In this document: one piece after another, positions 9,876 through 20,745 of the stretch
Numbering within the stretch: the stretch's first letter is position 1
How the letters are laid out: each line of letters opens with the position of its first letter
From: Gammaproteobacteria bacterium
GTDB taxonomy: Bacteria > Pseudomonadota > Gammaproteobacteria > GCA-001735895
DNA: 64,000 nt
Direction of reading: 5' to 3'
Assembly (NCBI GenBank): GCA_050288105.1
Contig: JBNKDE010000013.1
Location: forward strand, 3,519-67,518
Translations under genes and position numbers: made by a program
The notes under the pieces: generated by a model
The model's database searches: none
Told to the model about the DNA's origin: nothing
What the model saw: only the letters and a program-made list of their open reading frames with translations

Positions 9876-10739
9876 ATGAATACTAGAGACCTGAGTCCAG
9901 AGTTGTTACGTGCATTTGTCGCGGTTGTAGATGGGGGTGGTTTTACCCGGGCGGCTAATCGATTGAATAGTACGCAATCCACGGTCAGCCAGCAGCTTAA
10001 GCGCCTGGAAGAACGCCTGGGCGTAAGCCTGATGCAGCGTAATACCCGAGGCGTTGCATTGACTGAGCGAGGTGAGCTCATGCTGGGTTATGCCCGGCGA
10101 TTGCTGACGCTAAATGACGAAGCACTTACCGCACTGGAACAAACTCATCTTCGAGGGCGGGTACGACTGGGTTCAACCCAGGAAGTTGCCGATGGGGGGC
10201 TGGCTGATCTGCTGGCACGTTTTACCCGCCTGCATCCCGATGTCGAGCTGGAGATGCGAGTCGATAGTAATATGGCTTTACAGTATGAGGTTGAGCAGGG
10301 AGAGCTTGATCTGGCGGTTTTGTTTCAGGAGCCCGGTCAGGGTGCTCCTGGTAATGAAGTGATCGAGCGCCTGCGTCGGGTATGGGTGTCAGCACCGGGG
10401 CTGGTCATTAACCCGGATGAACCGTTGCCACTTATTCTTTCCAACGGCCCCTGTATTTTTCGCAATTCGGTATTGTCAGCACTGGATAGCATTGGTCGAC
10501 CCTGGCGTATTGTGCTTTCTACCCCTAGCCTTGCTGGAATACGTGCCGGAGTGCGCGCAGGCTTGGGTGTTTGTGTGCGCAGTGAACGCTGGCTGGAAGC
10601 CGATATGGAAATCATCGATCAGGGCCTGCCCCCGTTACCGGATGTCGAGCTTGCCATTATGTGTGGCGCAAAAACGGGCGAAAGTGTGGTTGAGCGATTA
10701 CGCATTGCCTTGCGTGGGGCACTGAGTCAGGCGGCATGA
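9876..10739 (+). CDS. LysR-family transcriptional regulator
   Basis: HTH (FTRAANRLNSTQSTVSQQLKRLE) plus a substrate-binding domain. Confidence 0.9.
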   Translation: MNTRDLSPELLRAFVAVVDGGGFTRAANRLNSTQSTVSQQLKRLEERLGVSLMQRNTRGVALTERGELMLGYARRLLTLNDEALTALEQTHLRGRVRLGSTQEVADGGLADLLARFTRLHPDVELEMRVDSNMALQYEVEQGELDLAVLFQEPGQGAPGNEVIERLRRVWVSAPGLVINPDEPLPLILSNGPCIFRNSVLSALDSIGRPWRIVLSTPSLAGIRAGVRAGLGVCVRSERWLEADMEIIDQGLPPLPDVELAIMCGAKTGESVVERLRIALRGALSQAA

Positions 10740-10752
10740 GTTCAAAAGACTG

Positions 10753-10967
10753 ATTAACCACGAAGAGCATGAAGAAAAACATTTTAACCACAGATTAGGG
10801 CAGGAAGCCCGTAAGTAGGGCAACGCAGGACGCAGTTGCCGAGGACACAGAGAACACGGAGAAGTGTGGTGTGGGATATTTTGAGGTATAAATTATCCAG
10901 TCAAACCAAGAGGTTCAATTTTAGGAAAATACAAAAACCTCTGTGCTCTCTGTGTCCTCTGTGGTTA
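10753..10967. repeat. Composite heptamer-TIR repeat R3, with embedded module-2 (agggcaggaagcccgtaagtagggcaacgcaggacgcagttgcc)
   Basis: ttaaccacgaag and ttaaccacag on the left, cctctgtgctctctgtgtcctctgtggtt on the right. Confidence 0.8.
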
Positions 10968-11056
10968 AAGAAGCGCGTTCAGGTTATTTGAAAATCAGGT
11001 TGATAGCCCAAGGTAGATTCGGCACTATCGTGATTTTCATTTCGCATGGAAGATAA

Positions 11057-11737
11057 TTGATGCAAACCATTCTGTTAATTGAAGACGAATCGACCATTGC
11101 CGATATGGTGCTTTATGCACTACGCAGTGAAGGTTTTATCGCTGAATGGAAACGTCTGGGGCGCGAAGGAGTTGCCTGGTTGCAGGCTAATCCAGATACG
11201 GCTTTGGTGGTGCTTGATATCGGATTGCCGGATGGCAATGGCTTTGAATTCTGCAAGGAGATTCGGCGCTTTTCTGAAGTGCCTATAATTTTTCTAACGG
11301 CACGTAACGACGAAGTAGATCGTATCGTCGGCCTCGAAATTGGAGCCGATGATTATATGGGCAAGCCGTTTAGTCCTCGTGAACTGACAGCCCGGATTAA
11401 GGTGATTCTTAAACGGAGTCGCGCAAGTGCGGAACCGAGCGCGGCCACGTCCACATTTGAAATTGATCAGGATCGTTACCGCATTCGCTATCACGATATC
11501 TGGCTCGATCTAACGCGTTATGAATTCCAGATACTTAAGACACTACTACAGCAACCAGGGCGTGTTTTTTCGCGTGAGCAAATTATGGATCAGGCCTGGC
11601 AGCAGCCGGAGGAAAGCCTGGAGCGTGTGGTCGATACGCACATCAAAAAGTTGCGGGTTAAATTACGTCAGGTTCGCTCGGATGAAGATCCGATTCAAAC
11701 ACATCGTGGTATAGGTTACAGCATCCGTGAATCTTAG
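11057..11737 (+). CDS. creB: OmpR-family response regulator CreB
   Basis: Receiver domain plus winged helix, first gene of a creB-creC-creD cluster. Confidence 0.8.
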   Translation: MMQTILLIEDESTIADMVLYALRSEGFIAEWKRLGREGVAWLQANPDTALVVLDIGLPDGNGFEFCKEIRRFSEVPIIFLTARNDEVDRIVGLEIGADDYMGKPFSPRELTARIKVILKRSRASAEPSAATSTFEIDQDRYRIRYHDIWLDLTRYEFQILKTLLQQPGRVFSREQIMDQAWQQPEESLERVVDTHIKKLRVKLRQVRSDEDPIQTHRGIGYSIRES

Positions 11738-13172
11738 CGTTCGCATCTTTATAGGCTTTTTTGTATTGACAGGTTTTGCCATCTGGCTGGCGATGCGAAG
11801 TTTTACCGCAGAGCTGGTGCCGGGTATGCGCCAGTCTATGGAAGAAATGCTGGTCGATAGTGCCAATCTGATGGCAGAGCTGGTCGCACAGGAAGTCATA
11901 GAGGGTAGCTTACAAACCGGTCAGTTCAAAAAAGCCATGAGCGCTTTTGAGCAACGTAGATTTGAAGCGAGAATCTGGTTCCTGAAAAAGCGCGACCCCA
12001 ATCTGATTATCTATATTACTGATGTGAACGGTATGGTGATCTATGATTCTCGCGGTCTTGATTTAGGCAAAGATTATTCGCAGTGGAACGATGTCTACAA
12101 CACCCTGCGCGGAAAGTACGGGGCGCGCACAACACGCGCTGATCCCGACGATGAATTCAGTAGCATCATGTATGTGGCTGCACCAATAAAAAATGAGCGT
12201 GAGATTATTGGCGTGGTCACAGTGGGTAAACCCAGTGTGGCTGTGCAACCCTTTGTAGAGCGCGCTCAACAGAATATCCAGGAAAAGGGTGGGCTGGTGA
12301 TTCTGGGCGCACTGGCTATAGGTTTGATGATTACCTACTGGCTCACCTTTTCCATTCGCAAATTAACTAGCTATGCACTGGCCGTACGCGATGGCAAAAG
12401 AGTCGCGCCACCAAAGCTGGGTGAAAAAGAACTGGCGCAACTGGCGGATGCGATGGATGCGATGCGGCGCGAACTCGAAGGCAAGGATTATGTAGAGCAA
12501 TATCTGCATAGCCTGACGCATGAATTAAAGACCCCGCTGGCTGCTATTCAGGGTACTGCCGAGCTGTTAGAAGAGGATATGCCGGAACAGGACAGGCAGC
12601 ATTTTATTGCCAACATTCGGGGACAGGCCCGGCGTTTACATCAGGTGGTAGAACAGTTACTGCGTCTGGCATCGATAGAAAAACAGCAGGGGCTGAGAAA
12701 TCCTGAATTGGTTCAGGTCGATGAACTGATGCGTGACCTGTGGCAGGAACGTCACTGGCGTATCCAGCAGAAAAATCTAACGCTTAATGATACCGAACTG
12801 AATCCGATTAAACTTACCGCAGAACGGTTTTTACTACAGCAGGCTATTGGCAATCTGCTGGACAATGCGATTGAATTTAGTCCTGCAGGATCGACGATAG
12901 AGTTAGCAAGCGTTGATAAGGATGGAGATCTGGAATTAAGCGTTGCAGATGAGGGGCCGGGCATCCCCGACTTTGCACTGGCTCGTGTTTTCGAGCGGTT
13001 TTACACCTTAGCGAGGCCAGAGGATGGTAGCAGTAGCAGCGGACTGGGTCTGAGTTTTGTCTACGAGGTTGCTCAATTGCATGGTGGAAAAATCGAACTG
13101 GAAAACCGAGAACAGGGTGGGGCTATTGCCAAACTTACGCTGCCATTGAAGCAACAGCCACCATCTGCCTGA
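11727..13172 (+). CDS. creC: Sensor histidine kinase CreC
   Basis: Two TM segments, H-box HSLTHELKTPLAAIQG and an HATPase domain. Its start overlaps the creB end. Confidence 0.8.
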   Translation: MNLSVRIFIGFFVLTGFAIWLAMRSFTAELVPGMRQSMEEMLVDSANLMAELVAQEVIEGSLQTGQFKKAMSAFEQRRFEARIWFLKKRDPNLIIYITDVNGMVIYDSRGLDLGKDYSQWNDVYNTLRGKYGARTTRADPDDEFSSIMYVAAPIKNEREIIGVVTVGKPSVAVQPFVERAQQNIQEKGGLVILGALAIGLMITYWLTFSIRKLTSYALAVRDGKRVAPPKLGEKELAQLADAMDAMRRELEGKDYVEQYLHSLTHELKTPLAAIQGTAELLEEDMPEQDRQHFIANIRGQARRLHQVVEQLLRLASIEKQQGLRNPELVQVDELMRDLWQERHWRIQQKNLTLNDTELNPIKLTAERFLLQQAIGNLLDNAIEFSPAGSTIELASVDKDGDLELSVADEGPGIPDFALARVFERFYTLARPEDGSSSSGLGLSFVYEVAQLHGGKIELENREQGGAIAKLTLPLKQQPPSA

Positions 13173-13269
13173 ATGTGTTTTTTGTGTGTGCAAACACACA
13201 TATTGACCACATCATCAAAACATAAACAGCGTTTAAGGTATGTCGGGTATTTAATTAATGGAGATCCCG

Positions 13270-14631
13270 ATGAAAAACCTGTTTAGTAAAAAAATAGTTG
13301 TTATTACTGTACTCACCCTATTACTACTAATCCCACTAATGATGATTAGAGGCGTGATTGATGAGCGTAGTGGTTATAGATACCAGGTACGTAACGATAT
13401 CACGCAAAGCTGGACCGGCGAACAAATGATGATTGGCCCAATTCTGGTAATTCCCTACAGGGAAATCTATCAGGTAAGTGTGTGGAATAAAAAGTTAGAA
13501 AAGGATGAGATAGAAAACAGAGTGCTGAATAAAAAACTGATGATAGCACCCGAGCAATTAAGCATTAATGGTAACGTTAAAACAGAAAGCAGGGTGAGAG
13601 GGATATACAGCATTCCGGTATATCGCAGTCAATTAAATATCTCAGGTAATTTCTCGGTTGCCAAACTGACCGCACAGGTGAATAGCAGCAATACCATTGA
13701 ATGGGAACCCGCCTATCTATCTGTTATGGTGAATGACGTGCGCGGTGTTGAAAAACAGCCAGTAGTATCATGGCAGGGCAAAAAAATTGAATTCGAACCG
13801 GATAGCCTGCTTGGAGAATTGAGAAACGGCATGCATGCACCGCTGGGCGTTGTTAAGCAAAGTGATGAAAATCTGGCATTCAGTTTTGATCTTGATCTAC
13901 ATGGCATGGAAAGATTGAAATTTTCCCCATTGGGAAAAAGTACCTCAGTCACCCTGAAATCAGACTGGCCTGATCCCAGTTTTATCGGGCGCTACTTACC
14001 CTCAGAAAGACTGATCAATGAGAATGGTTTTACAGCCAGCTGGAATGTTTCCTCCTTTTCCAGTTCGGTAGCGCAAAACCTGCAGTCATGTAAAACAGGT
14101 AGTTGTTCATCACTGGCTAATGACATGTTTGGTGTCACGCTGTTTAATTCAGTCGATATCTATCAGCAAAGCGAACGCTCGGTGAAATATGGGCTGCTAT
14201 TTATTGGGCTCACATTTGTCGTGTTCTTTCTGTTTGAAGTGATAAAAGGACTGCGTCTGCATCCCATGCAGTATCTGTTAGTCGGACTTGAATTAAGCGT
14301 TTTCTTTTTATTACTGGTGTCACTATCTGAGCTAATGGCATTTGCAATGGCATATCTGATAGCAACATTGGCATCGACCGCTTTGATCGGTTTTTATGTG
14401 AGCAGTATTTTGCAGTCATATAAACTGGGAGGATTTATCAGTGCGGGGTTATTGCTGCTGTATGGAATGCTCTACGGTATTTTAGGTTCTGAAGACAATG
14501 CTCTGTTAATGGGGTCAATGTTGATATTCAGCGTGCTTGCTCTGGTTATGACAGTAACCCGCCGTATTGACTGGTATGAGTTAAGTGCTAGTCCGATGAG
14601 TCGAGAGGGAAATATAGCTATTGATTCCTGA
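13270..14631 (+). CDS. creD: Inner-membrane protein CreD
   Basis: About 450 aa multi-TM CreD-like protein downstream of creC. Start chosen at MKNLFSK, preceded by ggaga. Confidence 0.75.
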   Translation: MKNLFSKKIVVITVLTLLLLIPLMMIRGVIDERSGYRYQVRNDITQSWTGEQMMIGPILVIPYREIYQVSVWNKKLEKDEIENRVLNKKLMIAPEQLSINGNVKTESRVRGIYSIPVYRSQLNISGNFSVAKLTAQVNSSNTIEWEPAYLSVMVNDVRGVEKQPVVSWQGKKIEFEPDSLLGELRNGMHAPLGVVKQSDENLAFSFDLDLHGMERLKFSPLGKSTSVTLKSDWPDPSFIGRYLPSERLINENGFTASWNVSSFSSSVAQNLQSCKTGSCSSLANDMFGVTLFNSVDIYQQSERSVKYGLLFIGLTFVVFFLFEVIKGLRLHPMQYLLVGLELSVFFLLLVSLSELMAFAMAYLIATLASTALIGFYVSSILQSYKLGGFISAGLLLLYGMLYGILGSEDNALLMGSMLIFSVLALVMTVTRRIDWYELSASPMSREGNIAIDS

Positions 14632-14728
14632 CAGGTCTTAAGTAATTATTGGTGCATGGACGCACCATATAATAAATTTATTGACACCGAGGGCTCTCCC
14701 CGTGAGTGAAAAATCGCAACTAGTTTTA

Positions 14729-15238
14729 ATGGCAAAATACAACCAGCTAATGAACCAGCGTATGATTGAAGCAGCGGGAAATCTATCGCCAGCGACATTA
14801 GCCGAAGATAAAGGCGCTTTTTTTAAATCGGTGATAGGCAGTCTGAATCATATTATGGTGGGCGATATTCTATGGATGAAGCGATTTGCATCTCACCCTG
14901 GTAATTATCAATCATTGCAGAAACTTGAAGGATTTGAAATGCCGCAAGGACTAAATGCAATACTATTTGATGATTTATCAACCTTTGCAAAAGTAAGAGC
15001 AAAGCTGGATGACAACCTGATTGAATGGTGTGATGAATTGAATGAATCTGACCTGGACACAGCGCTAAGATATCAGGATACCAAAGGTGTACAGCATGCC
15101 AAAAGGTTTGGTGATTTGATTTTGCATTTATTCCTTCATCAGATACATCATAGAGGTCAGATAACCACTTTACTGTCACAGGAGAGTATTGATTTTGGTG
15201 ATACAGATTTGCCGGAGATTGTGCCTGAACTGGGATAA
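14729..15238 (+). CDS. DinB/YfiT-family (DinB_2) metal-dependent protein
   Basis: Spaced His motifs (HIMVGD, HLFLHQIHHRGQ). ATG start chosen; the track ORF begins at an upstream TTG. Confidence 0.65.
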   Translation: MAKYNQLMNQRMIEAAGNLSPATLAEDKGAFFKSVIGSLNHIMVGDILWMKRFASHPGNYQSLQKLEGFEMPQGLNAILFDDLSTFAKVRAKLDDNLIEWCDELNESDLDTALRYQDTKGVQHAKRFGDLILHLFLHQIHHRGQITTLLSQESIDFGDTDLPEIVPELG

Positions 15239-15249
15239 GCCATGCCTTT

Positions 15250-15378
15250 GTTTCCTACAGAGTACACAGAGAACTTAGGTGCAGAATTTTTGAGGTATAA
15301 ATTATTCATTTAACACGAAGACGCTTAATGATAGGAAAATACAGAAAAACTCCGTGCTCTCCGTGTCCTCTGTGGTTT
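15250..15378. repeat. Heptamer-TIR repeat R4, left end partially truncated
   Basis: Left cctacagagtacacagagaac, right ctccgtgctctccgtgtcctctgtggttt. Confidence 0.75.
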
Positions 15379-15456
15379 AACATTTTTTAAGTTTTTTTAC
15401 CTTCGTTTGACAATTTTCCTAATGGTCGACCCATTAGTTGAGGTCAATGCAGATCT

Positions 15457-16578
15457 TCACAGCCAGAATTTCCACCACCAGTTGAAGTACTCTTTTACAA
15501 TCCGCATGGTCAACCAATCGACTGCTTCCATTGAGCCAGTGCCAGAGCCCGCATTTGTCATGATGATAAAAGCAAAATCTGATTCCGGAACAATGATCGA
15601 ACGGCAGAAGAAGGTCCCCGCAGAACCATCAAACCCGGAGTATCGCTTGCCCCCCAATACGCCGTTAACCACACCGAGTGAGAATCCGGCATGACCGAAA
15701 TGAATATGGTGATATGTTTTGCTGGAAATGTAGTTGTCATTACCCCTCAAGCCGCGCAAGTGTAATTGAGTGTATTTTGCGTAGTCCCTGGGTGTCATGC
15801 TCAAATCCCCCGCTGGAGTAATCAAGCAGGGGAGCTTGTAGTCATGCTCAGGTGGTAATGGCTCGACTTTGTCTTTAGTAATCGTGTGGCCCCATGGTTG
15901 ATCAACACCAATGCTGTTAGGCCAGCCAAAATGGACTGATAGGCCCAGGTCATCAGTCAATGTCCTCCTTGCAAGATCCTCATAGCTGAGGCCCGATAGT
16001 CTTTCGAGCATTGCGGATGCCATTGTGTAACTCGCATTGGAGTACAAATGCTGAAACTTGCCATCCTGCTTTTTTGACGCAGGTGGTTGCGTGATCAGAT
16101 AGTTAACAAATTCTAATCTTTTGTCGCTGACCGATGACTCATAGTCTGGGAAAGGCTCTGTCTCTGCGTTCGTATATGCCTTGATTCCTGCCTCGCAAAG
16201 AAACAGGTCTTCCAATGAAATATCACTATACGCGGTATTTGCGGAAGCTTTCAGCTCCGGGAAAACATCGAAGAATCTCGTTTGCCACGTAATCTTGTTC
16301 TGCTCTATGAGTTTTGCCGCCATCACGGCTAGCACGGATTTCGAACAAGACCCAATGTGAAAATAGTCATCGAGTGTGGATTTGTCCGGCTTGTCAACTA
16401 CTCGTACCCCCTGGACTTCCTGGAGATAAATCGCGTCCACGTTCATTACAGAAACAGCAATCGCGGGAACTTTGAAGTTCTCTCTTGCTTTGCTCACGAG
16501 TTCAGACAAGTACGCCTGTGTTAAGCGTGAATTCTGAGGGTGTTCAATTTGCAGTTGATTCATCAGCATTCCGTCCAT
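15457..16578 (-). CDS. Serine hydrolase, beta-lactamase family
   Basis: SxxK motif (GSCSKSV); 373 aa. Confidence 0.7.
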   Translation of the reverse strand: MDGMLMNQLQIEHPQNSRLTQAYLSELVSKARENFKVPAIAVSVMNVDAIYLQEVQGVRVVDKPDKSTLDDYFHIGSCSKSVLAVMAAKLIEQNKITWQTRFFDVFPELKASANTAYSDISLEDLFLCEAGIKAYTNAETEPFPDYESSVSDKRLEFVNYLITQPPASKKQDGKFQHLYSNASYTMASAMLERLSGLSYEDLARRTLTDDLGLSVHFGWPNSIGVDQPWGHTITKDKVEPLPPEHDYKLPCLITPAGDLSMTPRDYAKYTQLHLRGLRGNDNYISSKTYHHIHFGHAGFSLGVVNGVLGGKRYSGFDGSAGTFFCRSIIVPESDFAFIIMTNAGSGTGSMEAVDWLTMRIVKEYFNWWWKFWL

Positions 16579-16835
16579 GAAAAGGTTATTTAATAGAAGC
16601 TATGCAACCGCTCCTCTCTGGATAACGCTAACAGCGTAGGTTTATCCTGCTGCCTGTACCTGTTAACTTGAGTAATAGTACAGATATTGCATTAAGTAGC
16701 CAAGATTGAACAACAAATGCAGGCCAGGGAGATTAAAGGGGCGGAGTGAATAAATGTTGACAATCGCATGGTTGGAAGAGCGGATTGGGAAAAAACCAGG
16801 CCAGTTACATTACGGAAGGCCTGGTAAGAAGATGT

Positions 16836-17219
16836 TTAGCTACGGAGTTTCATGCTCCCGTCTTCGCTAAACCTTAATTTCTTTATTTTTTTAGCGCGTA
16901 CAATACACCAATATAAAATGAATACTGCAGAACCGTATAAAAGATAGTCACTATATTTGATAAAGAAAGATAGTATAAAAAAGATACTACTTATCCATAA
17001 GGTTTGGATCAGGTAGCGCCTATCTTCCCCTGAGCTTCTCAGTATTAGCGTGAAGGTTTCCTTATTGGACCACACTGATATAAGCAAAATGGTAGTTAAT
17101 ATTAGCGCTCCAATTACTCCATTATCTATGTATAAAAACATATGAGGTATCGCTAGCGGGATAAACAATATCAAATAGATTATTCGGTAAAACTTATCCC
17201 AATCAGAATATATCGACAC
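16836..17219 (-). CDS. Hypothetical small membrane protein in a low-GC stretch
   Basis: 127 aa with 3-4 hydrophobic segments and AT-rich codon usage. Confidence 0.45.
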   Translation of the reverse strand: MSIYSDWDKFYRIIYLILFIPLAIPHMFLYIDNGVIGALILTTILLISVWSNKETFTLILRSSGEDRRYLIQTLWISSIFFILSFFIKYSDYLLYGSAVFILYWCIVRAKKIKKLRFSEDGSMKLRS

Positions 17220-17398
17220 AGTTTATCCTACAGTTAATTTTGTCGGGTTTGTAAGATGGCAACAAATTTATTCCATTCTCGGTATACAAAACGTTAGCTT
17301 AAAAGGTGAGCGCCACAGCTCTCACCGAAATGGCACGTACAGTGCCATGAGTCCTTTTGAATCCCTTGTTAACCATTTACTCAACATCGCAATACAAA

Positions 17399-17764
17399 TC
17401 AAAATCTACTGACCAACCAAATAGATGCCAGCCTTTCTATAAGCCGATCTGATAAGTGGAAACCTGGGCTTTCTTCTTCGTGGTAGCCAACACACTGGAT
17501 AGATGGTTGGAAATAATCGGGTACCTGCCTGAAATTTTCAATTCTTCCTTCAATAAAGGTAACCACTCGTTCTAGTGCATCATCCATTATCTTTTCCTCA
17601 AACTCTGGTGACACATAAGACCAGTGGGAAAACTTATATATGCTTCCATTTCTTCTTTTATCGCCGACATTCCAAAACGTCGATGGCTCTATATCAAGAA
17701 TATCGGCTATTTCGCTAACGTCAGCTTTCCCTGTGAATTTTATGTATGCGTAGTTTTTATCCAT
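17399..17764 (-). CDS. Hypothetical protein, DUF4279-like
   Basis: 121 aa. The pattern F.G...D...I...L.I.P...W..GD...(W.Y)...P(G)F.L matches DUF4279 as I remember that family. Low GC. Confidence 0.5.
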   Translation of the reverse strand: MDKNYAYIKFTGKADVSEIADILDIEPSTFWNVGDKRRNGSIYKFSHWSYVSPEFEEKIMDDALERVVTFIEGRIENFRQVPDYFQPSIQCVGYHEEESPGFHLSDRLIERLASIWLVSRF

Positions 17765-17861
17765 AATTAGGGTTAACGACTAGCTCACCTGACAAAAAGC
17801 GCGAAGCGGTTTTTGGTCAGCTGAAGCGCCGTGTTATGTGAAATGCGTACAGAAAACATAA

Positions 17862-18197
17862 CTACTTCTGCTCTATTTCGTTAATAGTGATTTTCCCGCC
17901 CTTGCTGTTAATTTTTACTTCTGCCTTGCTGATGGTGCTGCGATTCATAACTATGACTTTACTGCCATCGTAGTTTTCACTAGGGGCGCAAATATATTGA
18001 ATATGATAGTTTGTGGAATCTTGGCTTGACCTCAAACTATCGTAATACCAAAAGCACAATTTAGTGTTTTTGCTTCTCGCAAATGATGAAGCTAGCTCAT
18101 CATAACTGACGTTACTTTCTTTTGCTGTGGCACATGATGATGCTACAACCATGAGCAAAACTATAAATAGTGATTTATGCATATTTGATTCACACAT
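17862..18197 (-). CDS. Hypothetical secreted small protein
   Basis: 111 aa with an N-terminal signal peptide (MHKSLFIVLLMVVASSCATA). Low GC. Confidence 0.45.
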   Translation of the reverse strand: MCESNMHKSLFIVLLMVVASSCATAKESNVSYDELASSFARSKNTKLCFWYYDSLRSSQDSTNYHIQYICAPSENYDGSKVIVMNRSTISKAEVKINSKGGKITINEIEQK

Positions 18198-18418
18198 AAC
18201 AGTTTACTAGAAGGTTTCCGGTATAGTAGGTACTAGACGGATTGCTTCTAGTTCAGTCCCTTGTTTTCGATTCAGCCATACTAATCAACCGATAAAGCGA
18301 TTGTCAACGAATCAGGTCGATGGAGGAAAATGACTTTGGAACGAATGCTGCCGATTTATGTTGAGCCTGGAGTAGACTTTCTTTTTGGTTCGAATTCAAA
18401 AGTTTTCAGGGTGTTAAT

Positions 18419-18732
18419 TAGCCACCGAGAGTACGGAGCACACAGAGAGGGTTAGCGTGGTTTAATAAATTAACTGACCACGAGATAGGGCAACGCAGCA
18501 GAAACTGTCGGGTACACCTAAGGTACGAAGAAAAAATAATGTGTTTTCTCTGTGCTCTCGGTGTGCTCTGTGGTGAATAAGCTTTTTTCAGGTTACCGGG
18601 TTCTGCCGCAGCACAAGCAAGCCCCGGTAACCCACAAAGCACAACAAAGAAAACCCTTCGTAATCTTCGTGTGCTTGGCAACTGCGTCCTGCGTTGCCCT
18701 ACTTACGGGCGTCCTTGCCCTAATTCGTGGTT
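18419..18732. repeat. Heptamer-TIR repeat R5 (18419-18575) followed by a reverse-orientation module-2 copy (18655-18732)
   Basis: gccaccgagagtacggagcacacagag ... ctctgtgctctcggtgtgctctgtggtg, then ...ttggcaactgcgtcctgcgttgccctacttacgggcgtccttgccctaattcgtggttta. Confidence 0.75.
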
Positions 18733-18739
18733 TATTTAT

Positions 18740-18922
18740 TTACCGCTTATCGATAGAAACATACTCCCGGTTTTCCGGCCCGGTGTAGTTGGCGGAGGGT
18801 CGTATAATCTTGCCATCTTCACGCTGTTCGATCACATGCGCGCCCCAGCCGGAAACACGTGAGATAACAAACAAAGGGGTGAACATGTCAGTCGGTACGC
18901 CCATCTGGTTGTAGGAAAACAC
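18740..18922 (-). pseudogene. 3'-terminal remnant (last 60 codons) of a second 2-methylcitrate synthase gene (prpC')
   Basis: Its translation is identical to the C-terminal 60 aa of PrpC at 20883-22037. Nucleotide identity is about 91%, with every difference synonymous. There is no upstream gene body. Confidence 0.8.
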
Positions 18923-19192
18923 TTCTTTGCCTACCGATACTTTTCTATAAACCTCAGACTGTATATTTTCACGAAATTCGGGTTAGACGCTATTGATCCC
19001 TCCTAGCAGCCCCTACCCCAGGATCTTTTTGGGAGGGATCTTTTGGGGACACTCTGATTTTTTTCGATCCAAACTCCTTTTCCATAACTGAATTTCACTT
19101 AATATTTTTAGCCCCCCGTTCTCAGCATTGATATACGGAAGCATTTCGGATACTCTTCTGTTCTTCTAACTTCTACCAACAGGGACTGTACG

Positions 19193-20362
19193 GTGAAAAA
19201 AATCCTCCTCGCGCTAGCTCTCTTTCTATCGTTAAATTCTTTTTCGCATGCCAGAACTACCAACGCGATCTGGAGTCATGCAGAGAAGCGTATCGAACGG
19301 GAAGGTGAATTACTGATGTCGCTTCCGGATTACGACGTGCATTCTCTGGACGTAAAAAAGCAGGGAGATATGTTAATCTGCAATTCATATACCGCAGAGC
19401 ACTTCTTTCCACCAAGTTATGGCCAATCGATTCCCGCTAATGGCAAACAGATTGTCAGGCTATCCTTTCTACATAAGATTGGCGATCCAGATCAGGACAT
19501 CGTGCCAACGAGGCTATTCACAAAATCTAATAATGGCTCCGGGCCTAAGTTTCGAATGACAACAGATGAGTATGCTGAACAGGTTGGCATGGAGGTTCTT
19601 GATGCGATACATGCAGCCTGTCCTGATGTAAACTTTTTCATGGTAAACAATTTTTTCGCTGACCTGTTTATATACAATGGTTCAATCGATTTCAGATCCA
19701 GGCCCTGGTTTATCCCGGATCACGAAAACCCGATCATAAGAACTGACTTCAGTCTTGAGGAAGGGGTATGGCGCGCGTCACGTGAGCTTCCCTGGTCCGT
19801 GAAAAGGATCGATGAGCATCTCAACAAAGGCAATTGGACAAGTCGTAAAAAACTTCAATATGCAGTTTGGGATCAAAATCAAGATAAGTATCCGAGAAAG
19901 AAGGCGAAGATTGTGCAGCGCGCTGGACCGCCTGTGGCCGAAGAGATTACCTCGGCATATATCAGAGAAATGTCCGATTTTGGTTTCCATAAAGGCAGGT
20001 GGAACGAGCTGATTCCAAATCAGGGACCGGGGCATGCGACGGTTGACGAGGTACAGGTTACTCATTGTGCCAAGGAAGGTGAGGGTTATCGTTGCCAATA
20101 TATAATGAAGATGACGATACATATGGCCGCATTAGCCAGTATTCTAAAGGATATTGTGAAAGTTCCCGACAAGCGCACTAAGACACAGGATGAGAGCCAC
20201 TTATTTGTATCTACCTCGCAGGGTTGGCGCTCTCCGAGCCTACATGAAGACCGGAAACTCAAAGAGCTGGAGCGCAATCGGCGTATGAACGAAAACGTGA
20301 AACGCTCCGTTGAAGAAGCCAACCAAAAGGCCATGGAAGACGTGCTCGACCTGCTGTTGTAG
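19193..20362 (+). CDS. Hypothetical secreted protein (orphan), GTG start
   Basis: 389 aa with a signal peptide (MKKILLALALFLSLNSFSHA) and a charged, coiled-coil-like C-terminus. I recognise no domain. Confidence 0.55.
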   Translation: MKKILLALALFLSLNSFSHARTTNAIWSHAEKRIEREGELLMSLPDYDVHSLDVKKQGDMLICNSYTAEHFFPPSYGQSIPANGKQIVRLSFLHKIGDPDQDIVPTRLFTKSNNGSGPKFRMTTDEYAEQVGMEVLDAIHAACPDVNFFMVNNFFADLFIYNGSIDFRSRPWFIPDHENPIIRTDFSLEEGVWRASRELPWSVKRIDEHLNKGNWTSRKKLQYAVWDQNQDKYPRKKAKIVQRAGPPVAEEITSAYIREMSDFGFHKGRWNELIPNQGPGHATVDEVQVTHCAKEGEGYRCQYIMKMTIHMAALASILKDIVKVPDKRTKTQDESHLFVSTSQGWRSPSLHEDRKLKELERNRRMNENVKRSVEEANQKAMEDVLDLLL

Positions 20363-20466
20363 ATCTTCAACACACCCTACTGGAACAAAAAATTGTAATG
20401 TCAGATACAGGTTAAATTAAATAGCTGGAAATTTAATTTATACCTGATCACTGAACCCTCGCAGTC

Positions 20467-20745
20467 TTGGCGGCGCTGGACAAAATCGGTTGTCCTTGGC
20501 GTATTGTGCTTTCTACCCTCAGTCTTGTAGGAATAAGGGCTGGAGTGCGAGCCAGATTGGGTATTTGCGTAAGAAGCGAAAGATGGCAGGAAGATAATCT
20601 GTGTATTGTAGACCAGGGTCTGCCAGCGTTACCTGATGTTAAACTGGCGATCCTGTCGGGCACGAACACAGAAGAAAAGGTAGTCGAGAGATTAAGAACA
20701 GCCTTACGCGGTGCGCTAAGTCAGTCAAGTAGAAATGAATATTAA
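20467..20745 (+). pseudogene. C-terminal remnant of a LysR-family regulator gene (LysR')
   Basis: About 75% aa identity to the C-terminal ~90 residues of the LysR protein at 9876-10739. The N-terminal part is absent. Confidence 0.7.
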
